Origin: Parasitella parasitica NRRL 2501
Lineage: Eukaryota; Fungi; Mucoromycota
Direction: 5' to 3'
DNA length: 64,000 nucleotides
Assembly (NCBI GenBank): GCA_025201805.1
Contig: MU619250.1
Span: 148,425 to 212,424 of the forward strand
The notes below the pieces were generated by a model that made no database searches, was not told the DNA's origin, and saw only the letters and a list, made by a program, of their open reading frames with translations. Shown here in pieces: positions 40,099 to 53,184 of this stretch (position 1 is its first letter; each line of letters begins with the position of its first letter). The translations under genes were made by a program, and so were the position numbers.

Positions 40099-41823
40099 TT
40101 GAGCCTGTTGCTGGGCTTGTGGTTGTGCTTGCATTTGCATTTGTTGCTGTTGGGCTTGTTGCATTTGCTGCAATTGCATCTGTTGTTGTATTTGCTGTTG
40201 CTGGGCTTGTTGCATTTGTTGTAATTGAAGTTGTTGCTGCATTTGCTGTTGCTGGACTTGCTGTTGCTGCTGTTGCTGCTGTTGCAACTGCTGTGGAGAA
40301 GGATGCTGCTGAATTTGTGTTTGCATATGCTGTTGCTGTTGTTGCTGTATCTGTTGCTGCTGCTGAAGTTGTTGTTGAGCTAATTGCGTTTGAGGAGGCG
40401 TTTGGTGTGATTGCTGTGGGGTTTGAGCCATTGGAGATGATTTTGGTGGTGTGGATACAAGAGCAATGTTCTGCTCGATGGGCAAAGGTGAAGCATGCTT
40501 CTCATCCATTGAAGTATCTTCCTTTTTGATGCCAGAAATTGACCTCCTTTTGTTGGCAATTTCAGCATTCACACGGGCGCTGACTTCGGCAAAGTTCTTG
40601 GCATCCAATGCAGCTTTAGGTAGACTGATCTGTCCAGGTATATTTTCTCTTTTCCTCTTTTTATTGGAATCACTATGGGCTGAATGTGGTGAATCGATAG
40701 CCTGTTTGCCTGACACCAAGGGTTTTTTTACATCTTTTTATAATTCGTGTAAATAAATGCGCATTTTAGATTCATGTAAAGCGATTTACCTAAGGCTATG
40801 GCAGGAGGTGGTGCTACAGGTAGCTTGAATCCTGCTAGTTTCACAAGATGCGATGGAATAGCTGTTTCTTGCATAGTATTAAGGTCCGTCTTTTGCTCAT
40901 TTACTCGAACTACAATATCCTCTAGGTCCTTGCACTCCTTCTTAGGTGATATTAATGACAAACGGATATTGGACTACACATAGATATTAGTACGCTCTGT
41001 ATATTTACAAGTATCAATGTACCTTTTTCATCTCTGCAACAATATCCTCGAGCTTGAATCCTTCATACTTGTCCATCAGATAGCATGTGGAACCAATCTT
41101 GTACGGTAAGCTGTTTGATAGTAAGATACAATGTTGGATCGGCTCCTTTCCGTCTAACTCCTCTTTATATTCGTCAAACAGCTGAATGCAACAATCAGCA
41201 ATTTGTCCGAGGTTTTCAACCACAATGCATTTACCTCTAACGCTGCTACCATGCCCTCTCCAATTGCGTTTTTTATAATACCCCCATTTTTGAACTGAAT
41301 ACTTTTAAAGATATCTTGAAATTGAATAGCATCTGATATGAAGTATTTTCGATCTACCGTAGTAACTGAGAACGGCTCATAGTCCCCAAACACAACTAAA
41401 CCATACTTCAAAACAGGCTAATAAACTGTCAGTTTACACACAAAGCTGTATAATTAACAGCGATTCGATTTTACCGTCAATTTCGTCTTGGTTTGTCCAT
41501 CTTCACCTTCTGTAACGATAGGCAAACGCAACTGTCTATAATTCAAGGAAAATAAACGCAATCAATCTCGGGTGAATCGACATGATAATAACACAATACT
41601 TTATAATGGGCTCGACGTAGGCTTCGTAAAGTATATCAAAATGGGGCTTCATTCGAGCTGTTCCATCCACAACGAACACAATGGCCACTTCTTTTCTTTG
41701 GTGTTGTGAGATAGGAATCTGAGGTGATTGGTGTTGAAGAGGTGTTGGCGATGTGTGAGAACCCGGTGTAGCTACGTTGTTAGCACCTGCACTTGGCGTT
41801 GTGTTCAAAGTTGGTGTGGACAT
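38154..41823 (-). CDS. Mediator subunit 25-like protein (N-terminal vWA, polyQ linker, ACID/PTOV-like domain)
   Basis: VAIVFVVDGTARMKPHF..LYEAYVEPII, KYGLVVFG, FKNGG..NAIGEGMVAALELFD, HCILLSNSLPY (Med25 vWA); PIWTGQIVW...WPTRIQI...KLIGIVF (ACID-like). Confidence 0.8.
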
Positions 41824-42059
41824 TGTTACGAAATAAACGCGCACTTCTCTCTTTAGGCTTTTTGTTCTTTTTAATCAACAGTCGAACTGATTGATTCGGT
41901 CGGTACAAGTAGATTGGAATCAAAGAGCAAAAGATGTCTGGAAATGCGTTTTCACTTTTTAATGATTATGTTTTTCAAAAAGGGGCTTCAGTTGATACAA
42001 AATGTGTATGTGACGTTCGCGACCAAATGACGTTCTTTAGATGTTTATTCTATGAATCC

Positions 42060-43629
42060 TCAACACATTTTACTAGCTAAAAGTGCAGGGTTTTCTATAA
42101 GACTCTTCCATACATTCCCAAATTGAGCAATAGTTGCACCATCAACAACACGATGATCGGCAGACCAGCTCACTGGCAAAATTTGCTTGGCTACAAACTG
42201 CTGCGATGTTTCGTCAAATCTTGGTAGTTTTCTGGCAGATCCTAATGCGACAATAGCCAATTCGTTGGAAACAATGATGGGATTAGCATAGGTACCACCT
42301 ATAGATCCAATATTTGAGAGAGAAATAGTGCCACCTTTTAAATCGCTGAGTGGGATGGCACCTTCCTTCGCCAGTTGAGTCAATCTATGAATCTCACTAG
42401 CTACCTGAAATATTGTTTTCTTCTCCACATTTTTAATGTTAGGTACGATTAAGCCTTGAGGGGTATCCATGGCAACGCCGATATTATGTTCTTCTCGATA
42501 GACCAGCTGAGTAGAGCCACCATCGGATCCTTCTTTTATAAAAGCATTCAATAGAGGATAATGCGAAAGAGATAACGATAAGCTTTTGATGAGGATAGGC
42601 AAATATGAGATCTTTTTAAAGGGGAACCTATCAGGCTGACTACCAATGTACTTATTGAGAGCTTCTCGATATTCAGAAGTAGCATCAAGCTCGATTTCAT
42701 CTTTATACCCTAGTTGAGGAATGGATAAAGATTTAGTCATTGTCTTGAACATGGCTTTTTGAATGGCAGTCAGCTTGACAGTTTGTCCTAATTTTTCTGC
42801 TTTGATATCTTGATTTGCAAGAATGGCTTCAGGAATAACCTTCTTTTCCACTATAGCCTCATGGTCAGTTGTTCATATTTTTTTTCTGAAGATATCTGAA
42901 GCATTTTTACCTTTTTCGAGTAAATCATGTTTGATAACATTCAAAACATCACCTTTAAGTAACATGCCATTCTTTCCGGACCCTACGACATCCTTGGTTT
43001 TTAAATCATATTCGCTCAACAATCTGCGAACAGCAGGTGTGACCCAATCAGTCTTGTAGCTAGCTGAAGATGGTAATGATTTGACAGTGCTATTTGGAAT
43101 TTGTAAAATTGCATTGCTAATGGGATCATCATGAGCATCTTCATCTGTTTCAATGTCGACTAAAGGAGAGCCAACCTTAGCCACTTCATTTTTATCATAA
43201 TGTAGCTTGACTACGTTTCCAGCATATCGAGATGAAATCTCAACAGATGCTTTATCAGACTGCACTTCACAAATCTTATCAAACTCTTCAACTGTAGCTC
43301 CAGGCTCAACAAACCTAAGATGTCCGAAGCCTCGGTCAAAAGAAGAGCAACACAATGAAATTTACCTAGGAATAAAACACCTACCACTGCACAATCTCAC
43401 ATTCAGTGATGCCTTCACCAATGTCTGCCAAAAGAAAAGGCTTGATTAAACCAAGAGTTATGGATGAGCTGTGAAGTGATCGGATCTAATATAGTGATGT
43501 GTTGTTCAGGTTGTCAGGGACGATAGTGCCAACAAAAACTATTAATGCGAGAAAAGAAAAGCATTTTACCTTGGAAGCGCCCAAAGCATTCGCATACTGA
43601 ACGCGGTTTTTGATCAAGTTGAGCAGCAT
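42060..43629 (-). CDS. DBT: Branched-chain alpha-ketoacid dehydrogenase E2 (dihydrolipoamide transacylase)
   Basis: Mito presequence; FLLADIGEGITECEIVQWFV; EVQSDKASVEI lipoyl site; TPAVRRL E3-binding domain; VSWSADHRVVDGA catalytic motif. Confidence 0.93.
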
Positions 43630-43799
43630 TTTATTTTTTGGTTGGAAAGCCTTTTAAAAAAGTGATATGAAAGAAAAAAACCGTGGAAAAATTGCGAAAT
43701 CACAAAGTCAAACAGGTTCGAATGCGTGGGAAAGCGACTTTGCGTGAAAAGGTTCATCTCTAGTGTAACATGCACACTATATGCAGTTTGAACCCAATT

Positions 43800-45340
43800 T
43801 CTGTATTATATACACTTATACCATAAAAACATAAGAGTTACAAAATTATTGAATGGATTTTGTTTCGCTTAAAAATGATGTGTTTTTGCCAACAAAAGTG
43901 ACCCTTTTGGAGGGCTTGATTTGGCTCTAAAACGATAGTGAGGAAATTTCGTTCCTCAAAAGGAGGCAAGATTACAAATTTTGTAAGGTAAGAATTCTTG
44001 ACTAATGTTATGTAAAATTATCAATATGTTGGTGTTGATGTGATAAATAGACCGATTGGCTTTATAAATGTTTACCTACTCAAGTCTGTAATTGTTTTGG
44101 AATAAACATATTGAAAAAAGCTCTAAAGCAAATTTTGATGTACAAATTTGTTGCATAGTCTTAATCAACACGATTCGAAGTAGATTTCATGAATAAGCAG
44201 AAAATACTTAGATATTGTATATGCCTTTTATTTCCATGGACTATTTAACAACGGGGGTTGGAAAATCTATCTAAGGCCAAATTTAAAGACTGCACAGAGT
44301 TTGAAATCACTGCCTACTACTGTTGTATACATGCATCAATTTTCGGTAAAGAAGCAAAAAACAAGTCCAATAAGTAACTTAAAACCATGTTGATATGAAA
44401 TAATAGTCAGGATGCTGTGAAATAAGAGATCAAAAGCCATTTCTACATATGTTCATTTTTGGATGAAATTAACACTACCAAATATGAACCACTACTCATT
44501 TTCACACTTTAAAGTGCATAATCTCCATTTTCTAATATAATATTTGTAAACTATTAGGCGCTAGAAGCACAATTTTCAGCTAAAATATTTTTCATTTGCA
44601 CCATTCTACAATAATTCTAACACTTATACACCTTTGAATATTTTTCAGATGTTGCCCAAACCTCATTCGATTTTCGGTTTTCAACTTTGAGACAAGCTTC
44701 AGAGTCATTTTTAGGTGATATGTACGAATTATTGCTAACACAATAATATGTATTAATTACAAATTGACAAATGGTATGTTTGCCGACTGTAAAAACAAAG
44801 GGATACTATTCGATAATATAACAAAATCGTGAATAAGGGCTAGTTCTCTGTAATATAAATAAATATACATTACAGAAGAGTGTATGTAAAATAATGCTAA
44901 GTTAAATTTACGAGAGAAAAATGTTGTTTATTATCAATGTTAGCATATGCAAAGCATATACAACCTGCAGTAAGATCAATCAATTACTTACTATTAAATA
45001 TGTGTAACCAAAAATGGACACAACAGCTACTTGCACGTATCATAGGTACGGATTAAGGGTCCACACTAAAGTTAAGTCCTAATACTAGTACAATAATTCT
45101 ACCTCAACAAGTTTTCGGATTCTCCGTATCTATATTGTCGAGAACATTACCAAAAAAAAAAAGGTTTTGCTAGTTTTATAGCATATGGTCCTCTAACAAG
45201 TGTTAAATTTTCGAAGCAAATCAAGAGCAGAGTTTCTTAGTAAAGGAGCAAGGTACGTTCTTTAACGCTAACTGGTCCAGACATGTCTTATTCAAGATCG
45301 AATTTACAAAGTTGTGCTGGCCAATGTTTTACAAACTATT
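43800..45340. repeat. Dispersed, diverged copy of the 3-7 kb ~1.46-kb repeat family
   Basis: Shared blocks: aataagtaacttaaaa..atgttgatat, cgattttcggttttcaacttt, taggtacggatta.gggtcca, ctaatactagta..ataa, gcatatggtcct.taacaagt. Confidence 0.8.
44716..45042. mobile_element. 327-bp insertion with TG...CA ends and 4-bp TSD (TAGG); solo-LTR-like
   Basis: tagg|TGATATGTAC...GCACGTATCA|tagg. The empty site ttttaggtacggatt is visible in the homologous repeat copy at ~6955. Confidence 0.75.
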
Positions 45341-46165
45341 TTTTTCCGTGAATCCATATAACAAATTTATACCGATTCCACAATTTGAACTAGTCACCAT
45401 AAATTCATGTAATTCTAAAAGGTATGAATAGCAGATGCAATTTCAATCTTAATAATAAAGTATAGTAAAGTTTTCGCATCTCGTCAACCTCTGGTTTTTA
45501 TCTTTTTTTGTTTCAAACATTTAAAATTCAATTGTTCAATTCTGCCCGCATTAACTTGAATTATACGAATTCACGCTACAACCCATAAACTTATTCTGCT
45601 AATAAAAAAGGCGCTGCATATACCAGTGCATGCTTTGCCTGTAAGCACCTAGTTTTAATTTAGGAGAAAAGGTAAAGGTAATAGGTAGCTTGCTATTATT
45701 TTGATATTACTCAGAATTGGTACAGAAGACATTTATGGGAGCTCGTTAACATCTTATGATAGTATATATATCAATGTCCTAATAATCATCTCGTAATATA
45801 TGTGCGTCCTGACCTGTTACATGTCTATGCATTTAAAATTCTATTGAATTTAGATTCTTACAAAATTTTCATAATACCCATCATATTGCTACAGATAAAT
45901 ATAGACTATGATGAAACCATCGAAGATCATCATTAAATGTGAAATAGAAAGATTGTGTGTTGCATTGCAGGTGCGATTTGAGTTCATTATAATTATTTCA
46001 CGTTATTCATATAGGTCCTTTGACTTGTGTTATCTGTTCGATCAATTGTCAGGCTGCCCAGATCTACTTCAAATACTGCCATTTGCTTTTTTTCTCTCGT
46101 AAATTGACTTTTGGGCAGCGTATTTCTTTATTATATTTACATAGACCGTGGATATATACACTTGG

Positions 46166-49100
46166 TTAAAGGTTATAAAATATATCGTTAGCTGAAGAGT
46201 ATTGAGAGTTTGGAAACTCCATATTCAAATCTTCATTCTTGTGCAGCTGTTCAGGCTTGAATGATACTCCAATATTCGCTGATCTGTCATCACCAAAGCC
46301 CCACAAGTACACCTTGCCGACATGGTGCATTTTAATAGGATCAGTAGCCAAGCATACCACCATACCCAGCTCAATTGAGGCATTACAAGCACATGCAAGC
46401 GGTCGAAAGCATAAATTATCAATTCTGTCGTATATAACACTTGTTCGAGATGCCAGAGATTGTATCTTTAAAGGGTCTCCTAGTAATTGCAAAGACGTCT
46501 CCCACAAGCCTGGATTTTGAAGTTCCTGGACTACACATCGGTTGTCGGTGGCTATTTTGATGCATTCTAAATCGACTACGTTAACTAATTCTATGTCATT
46601 GCGTGGTCCATGTAGAAGACTTTTACTGCAATTAGGGCACGAAAAGTGAATAATGTCGCTTTCAGGCGAGGTAGGAGTGGTGGTATTGGTGGCGGTGGTG
46701 GCGCTTAATTGATGCGGTTCTAATTTTACATAAGATAGCTTTGGTGGTATAAGATTATGCAAGTTGTCGTCAATAGCATTATGAGGCTCTTTTTCAACTA
46801 CAGAGACAAAGTACGAATCCTTGTGGGTATGCCTATCAAGCTCTTGTTCCTTTGGAGAGTTTTCTAATAAAGGTAACTCGGTGTTATCTATATCAAATAT
46901 GGCAACAGGTGATGGCTCTTGATTTTCATGCGTCATGATGGTATTTTCGATACTTTGAAGTTGGTCACTGGTTTGTCGACATTGATTAAAGTATTTACTG
47001 GTTGTAGAAGCAGATGATTGCTCCTCCTGATTGATCATGCCATTGCTCTTGTCTGGAGAAATGATATTTTCTTTGATTTCAAAAGACTGCGAACTATGTA
47101 TGGTGATTGTATCAGTTTCAAAACTGTGGCTCTCGAACTTGATCACTGATTCCTCTTGAAGTCGCATCTTTTCCCTTTTTTCCTCTGCTTTCTTTCTATC
47201 TTCTTCTAATTGTCTCTTGATAAAATGCTCTAACCCCTCCATAGAGCTTCCAAAGTGGGACAGTTGCTTGAATTGGCTTTTGACCCACTTTGAAAGTCCA
47301 TTAACCACATTTCTATTGTTGAATCTCTCTTCTAGTAGTATAATAGCTCCCCAATCCTGGTGAATAATTGAGCTATTAGCACAAATGAGAAAGTAAGTAC
47401 ATTAAAGCGCTTACGTTTTTATGTCTGATGCATCTTCCTAATGCTTGATTGATAGCTAAAGGAAGCAAGTGTTAGACGCTAAATGCCAAATCTCATACAT
47501 GTATGAATCCTTACCACGATAAGCCTGGGCTTCATACCACTCATGTCCCGAGAGAAGGTCTTTGCTACCTGGTTTCGCTTTCATTCTATTATTGTAATCT
47601 TTCTTCAAATTAACCTCCAAATCCTTGCTACAAACAAAATCAGTTTCTGTGTAATATACAAAGTAGCACCACCTACAATCCTGGAAAAGGAATGCCCATC
47701 GTCACCACAGCACGACAATAGTTATCACTGAAATCGATACCCTCGCTTACTTTCCCTCGAAACACAGCAAAAAATAACGCTCCATCTCGACCTTCTTCAT
47801 CAGCACCAGCTGTAACCGTATCAATCAGATGGTAAAATGTATTCAATATTGCTTCAAACTCTTTCTTATCGCTGCCTTTTGGTTCTGTTTCTCTAGATTA
47901 GTATAGCCTTGGTTTTGCAATGCTATTGTATTACCTGATAGCACCAGCTTTTTCTTCTTGAGTCGATCCATCATACCTGTAGTCTGTTGAATTTGGGTTA
48001 AACTATGCTAATATGCGCAGATACATTTATTACCTTCCACCTGTCCAGAAAGATGTCTAAAGCTTTATAGGATGGCATAAAAACAAGTATACCATAAGGC
48101 ACCCGTTCGGTAATATTACAGAGGGCTATTTCTGATTAGCACTACTTTGCAATCTATTGAACATAGCAACTTACTTTCACCAACCTCGTCTTGAAAGACC
48201 AGAGACTCCATGTTGGAATATACACATTTCAATGGTATACGGTTTGGTCTAAAGCAGTGATTAATATTGACAATATAAACTGGGATCTAAGGAACACCTA
48301 CCCTTGGGGAATCGAACTAACCCATACCTGGGATGGCTTGATGACATGATTTGCTTCTAATTTTCCAGAACTAAGTCATCAAAGAAAAGACTATTAGCTT
48401 CAAGACAAAAAATTTGTTACAAATCTTCTCACAAATTAACGCCAAGCTCAGATGCAAATGTATTTAACTATGTAAAATCGCGCTGTTAGACGACTGGTGC
48501 TTCTGCTGGACACAACGCAATCAAAACTTACTGGCGATAATGTACCGCTGGTCAAGATGACTGAGTGAGTCTTTTCACACATATTCTGAAAGATGAGCGC
48601 AGGACTCAAACACCAAAAACCAATTTTGTGCACCCATAATGATTGCTGTCTATCTTGGTCTCTGTTTTTACGTCGTCTAAATTTCGCATTTCCGTTGGAT
48701 CTTTGCATTGATTTCATAAACACCAGCTGGTAATCTTTAGCATTTGCTTGCTCAGAGCCAAAAATAAACTCGAGAACTGTCATCAGGCCTTGTAATACTG
48801 TTAAACTTCCATTACTAACGGCTCGAGCGCCATCCACGCGAACTTGTGATGAAAGACCATCAATTTCCTCCATGTCGTAATCGTCGGCAGTTGAGATGGC
48901 TTTGTTTTCCTTGGCTTTCCGCACAGCATCTGCGTGGGCAGCGATTTTCTTGTAGGCTGGATGTATATGATTTTCGAATAGGTTACCATTTATACAGAAT
49001 TCGTTTAGTTTATCCAATAAATCATTCCCTGTGAAGCTTTATGACAAGTGGCGTTGAATTAAATATGGCATACTTTTGGTTGAATACATCAACTTACTGA

Positions 49101-50841
49101 CAAGACTGTCTATCATATTCCTTGACCGTGTACACAGTGTCTTCAGATTTCACAGCTTCGTAGAGATTCCCGATCACTATACACATGTATTCGTGTGATT
49201 CTCTCTCACCTCCAAACCTGGTAGTTAACTTTAGTTCTTTAATAAGGACTTCCAAAGAAGCTTCATCAATGTCTATGGACCCAGCTGCTCTAGAAGCATC
49301 TTCAATGTTGTGAGCTTCGTCAAGGATCACAATGCTATTCGTCAGATTGATATCAAGAATATTTCGAATAACGGGGTCGATAATGTAGTTGTAAGGGCAG
49401 AAAATGACCTCTGCGCCTTCGTATAGCTTTCTTGCTGCGTAATATGAACAGCCACGGACTTCTTTCCCCAGCTGAATCATATCCTCAATATCCCAGATGC
49501 GGTTTGTCGTCTGTAATAAGGGATGGTTGAGGATCTTTTTGGTTCTGTGTGAAAAACTACATTTATTTTCGTCTAACAATGCCGTGCTATAGTATAGGAA
49601 AAGTTTAGGTATAGGATTTTATGCATCAAGTAGCCATTACCAGTCATCCGTTTTGTTGTTCGATTTTGAGACCTTGGGATGAACTAACACAATAAGCAGA
49701 GCTTATATGTAAACAAAATTTGATCTGGCATAGCTAAACTTACTGCACAAATGGTCTCGACTCCCCAAAATCGTTGTACCTGAATAATGCAATGTGAGCA
49801 TTCCAGTCAAGACAGCTTCGTTACTACCGACACTTACGAGGGTTATATCTAGTATTGCTCTTGAGTTCTTCTACGAGTTGGGCAATCTGTTTATGGCTAT
49901 AGCCGACAAAGGTGAGGGTCTGCAAAAGCGTCTCACAAATTAATAGCTTACGTTCTACTGCCTACAAATATTCTAGGCACTGCCTTGTAGGTCTGATACT
50001 TCATCGTCTTGACTTCATCCATATTGGCTAGATCTGATGCTGATAGGTCTTTAGATTGTTCCTCGTCTTCAGATTGTTCGTCGTCTGTTTCCACAAGCTC
50101 TGCTATGAATCGCTTCACTAACGGCCGCTGAAAGTCCTCATCGCTACAAAAAGAAGGTGGCGAGCCCATTCTAGTTTTGACTTTTTTCGTTGGTATTTCA
50201 GCTGTATCTGGCTCATCTTTCATGGGTCGTTTTTCCGTATACAACCTTTGAAGAATCTCTGCTGCTTTGATTTTCTCCTGATTCTCTCTCCATGCTGCCA
50301 TGTTCTCTAAATGTTAGACATGCTTGATTTGGGTGTGTTTCCTCTTAAATTACCTAGGGCAGCGCAGAGCAGTGCAAGGGATTTACCAGAACCTATTTTC
50401 CAAAGGACGATTAGCAATGTTCTTTGCTATAAACATGCAGTGTAGAGCCATTACCTGTTGGACTCTCTAATAGTGCGTTTTCTTTCTTGTTCAAGGCATG
50501 TATAATCTAAAATAGATGGCGAATTAGCAATTGGACCCTCTGATGAGTAATAAAGCAGCATACTCTTGTCATCATCTGGATTTGGGCGGGATCTATTGTA
50601 TATAAAAGTTTGTTAGCGCTTCAGAGCGGCTAGCTTCATAGGTGAGATGCTTACAAGGCTTCAATGGGAAATCAATGCGGATCCCTTCTATAGTGATTGC
50701 CTGCCCTTCACCCGGAGCATGTGTCTTCTTCTTGTGCGTCGTTGGCCCTTCTGAAACAAGAAAATTGTCATGTAAGTCTAGTTGCATCGTAGCTAGTTTC
50801 TGCCTTTCGGTGGTATTGAAGATATCATAATGCTCAGACAT
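46166..50841 (-). CDS. XPD-family Fe-S DEAH helicase, FANCJ/BRIP1(RTEL1)-like; many introns
   Basis: [110 protein letters not shown]. Confidence 0.9.
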
Positions 50842-51007
50842 ACTGAAAAAAAAAAAAAAAGCAGTTGACAACATACGCACCTTTTGCTTCCGTTTTTTAG
50901 ATGCGCTGGCCAAAACAAGTAATGTACGTGACAATGGAACGTGGTGTTTCAATCGACATGCGAGGAGACAGCTCCATCGCAGGTTCCGCTCTCTTTTAGC
51001 AAGCAAC

Positions 51008-51533
51008 ATGATATACTCTCTGTACATTATCAATAAAGCAGGCGGCCTTGTGTATCAAAAAGACTTTACAAATCAGCTTGAAAAGCTGTCAAGCAACGAG
51101 TATTTGGTTTTGGCTGGCACATTTCACGGGTAGTGTATTTGAGCATACGAAACAACGGGACACTTTTGTTAATTTGACCGATTATCGTAGTGTCCATGCT
51201 ATTACTTCCAAGATCTCGCCCCTCCATAACTCTTCTGGCATCGAGATGCTGGAAGCCGAGAATTTCAAGCTTTATTGCAATCAGACCCTCACAGGTACCA
51301 AACCATTTGTAACGCAATACGTGGAAAACACTCACATATAGACAACAGGCACTAAATTTTTACTCATCACTGCACCTCAACAAAACAATGTGGATTCATA
51401 CATGAAAAAAATTTACGACACCTACAGCGATTTTGTCATGAAGAATCCTTTTCATACCCCAGAAATGCCAATTCGCTCTGATCAATTTGACCAATCTCTA
51501 TTGAAATTTATTAATAATAACGCAACAGCGTAG
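51008..51533 (+). CDS. TRS23: TRAPP complex subunit Trs23 (TRAPPC4/sybindin)
   Basis: [38 protein letters not shown]...QTLTGTKF...[18 protein letters not shown]. Confidence 0.95.
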
Positions 51534-51651
51534 ATATGAATGGAGAATTTGAATACAATCGAGATATCCATTGTGTAGGAATGTCTATATAAATAAACTT
51601 ATTACAGCTATCATGTCTTTCTATTTCACACATATATTATTTGCACATAGA

Positions 51652-52164
51652 ATGAAAATCTCGTATTTTGCCTGTCTTTTTTTGCCGCTGTGGATTCCAG
51701 CGATATTGGCACAAGGAAAACTGCAAGACCAACAAGAGCAGCCAGCGGATCCCACCCCTGTGGACCCTTTTGATACATACAATGTGTACCAAGACAGATT
51801 CTTTCCTGCTGTTGCCGTTGCTTCATTTACTGGGCCCTTGATTGTGGGCGAATTCAGCTTTTATCAAGATAGCAATGGACAGGTAGTCGCAACAGGTGCA
51901 TTTCATAAAGGTCTACAACAAGATAGAGATTATGAGTTTAGATTCCATCAAGGCCCAGATTGTGAAGATCTGGGGGAAGTTGTCATGGAGCACTACTTTG
52001 AATCAATGCATGTCTTGGATTTGGGAGGCACTCCACCCATCCAAGAGCCACTGAATGATATTCATTTAACAGGCCAAGATGGCTATATGGGCTTGCCTTG
52101 GGTTCTGTCGGATGGAGTTCATGATTTAGCGTGTGTTGTACTCAAAGGCCACCAAATAAAATAA
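51652..52164 (+). CDS. Secreted protein with degenerate Cu/Zn-SOD-like beta-barrel
   Basis: Signal peptide MKISYFACLFLPLWIPAILA; AVAVA...GEFSFYQ..GQV...GL...YEFRFH..PDC..LG ... LTG..GYMG...VL...LACVVL. Confidence 0.65.
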   Translation: MKISYFACLFLPLWIPAILAQGKLQDQQEQPADPTPVDPFDTYNVYQDRFFPAVAVASFTGPLIVGEFSFYQDSNGQVVATGAFHKGLQQDRDYEFRFHQGPDCEDLGEVVMEHYFESMHVLDLGGTPPIQEPLNDIHLTGQDGYMGLPWVLSDGVHDLACVVLKGHQIK

Positions 52165-52203
52165 CTCTTTTATATATATCATACAAGGCTGTTTTTACTT
52201 TAT

Positions 52204-52737
52204 TTAAATGATGTGAAGGTTAGAGTTGAATGGCGACCAAATACCACGGACACTTTCAGTTGTGGAAATAACAGGTTTCTTGGTCAAGTTTTTGATCTTC
52301 TCGCCGCTTGAGTCTCTTAAAAGCTCTACTTTAGTGTTGATCTCTCCAGGTGTTAAATTACGGGTACAAATAACTTTATCGCGGCCGTTTACTACATGAA
52401 CCAAATGTCAGCTTTCGTAACAGAGAAACCCCATACATCTCATATTTACAGTAATATCCACGAATAATAGGGTGATGAGCTGGTCTAGGTTGGACTATGA
52501 TTTCTATTTGGGGGTGTTGCTTTGCGAATTCAGCGAGATCCTTCTTAATGTAATCACTAAAAGGTCAAAATGTGAGCTCAAGGATGCTTGAATGTGTGAT
52601 CAAATGCACACTTACACCATGCCTTTATTACTGCCCCATTTCTCGCAGTAATTGAATACCATCTTGCGACATTGGAGCACAAAAGCGCCAGTGCCATTAT
52701 TTGTTCTTGGTAAGAGTTTGCTTGCAATAGTTGACAT
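52204..52737 (-). CDS. MRPL51: Mitochondrial ribosomal protein mL43 (MrpL51)
   Basis: NGTGAFVLQCRKMVFNYCEKWGSNKGM, RPAHHPIIRGYY.NGRDKVICTRNL, SVRGIWSPF. Confidence 0.92.
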
Positions 52738-53184
52738 TTTGAGAAAATAACAGGGTTGCAGATAAGAAGAGGGGTGGATTTGATTTAAATACCAGCATGA
52801 TGGAGATCCTATGACAAGCCACCAAGGCATCGCTATTGTCTGCTTCCTTCATTTCGATGCTTCATTGCATACCATGAACTGGATGTCATCCATTCCCTAA
52901 ACAGAAATCATCAAATCATTTATAAAATAGTTTGCTAAATTAGGTGTGCATTTTCTAGTACTATCGTTGATTTGAATTGATCTGTAATATCAATGTTGCC
53001 AGCTGTAAAACGGCCATCATAGCTTGTTGTTCACCAATGCTTTACATGAATCCGTGACCTTTCCGTGACCATTACAACCGAAAAAAAAAAGGTTATACAT
53101 CATGAAATGTAGAGAGATCAAGAGTTTTTTTTTTTTTTTTTTTTTTTCCCTTCATATAAAACTGGATCAAGCATCTCATCCATA

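Noticed and set aside
39301-40529. Poly-Leu/Val/Ala ORFs on the + strand (also at 15267-16029, 29045-29417, 33784-34069)
   Set aside because: Antisense shadows of CAG/CAA polyQ tracts in real minus-strand genes.
43712-43730. ggttcgaat B-box-like motif suggesting a tRNA or SINE
   Set aside because: No A box or cloverleaf around it.
53170-53181. PAC-like motif (catctcatc) before MRD1
   Set aside because: A single short match immediately next to the ATG, too weak to call as a regulatory site.
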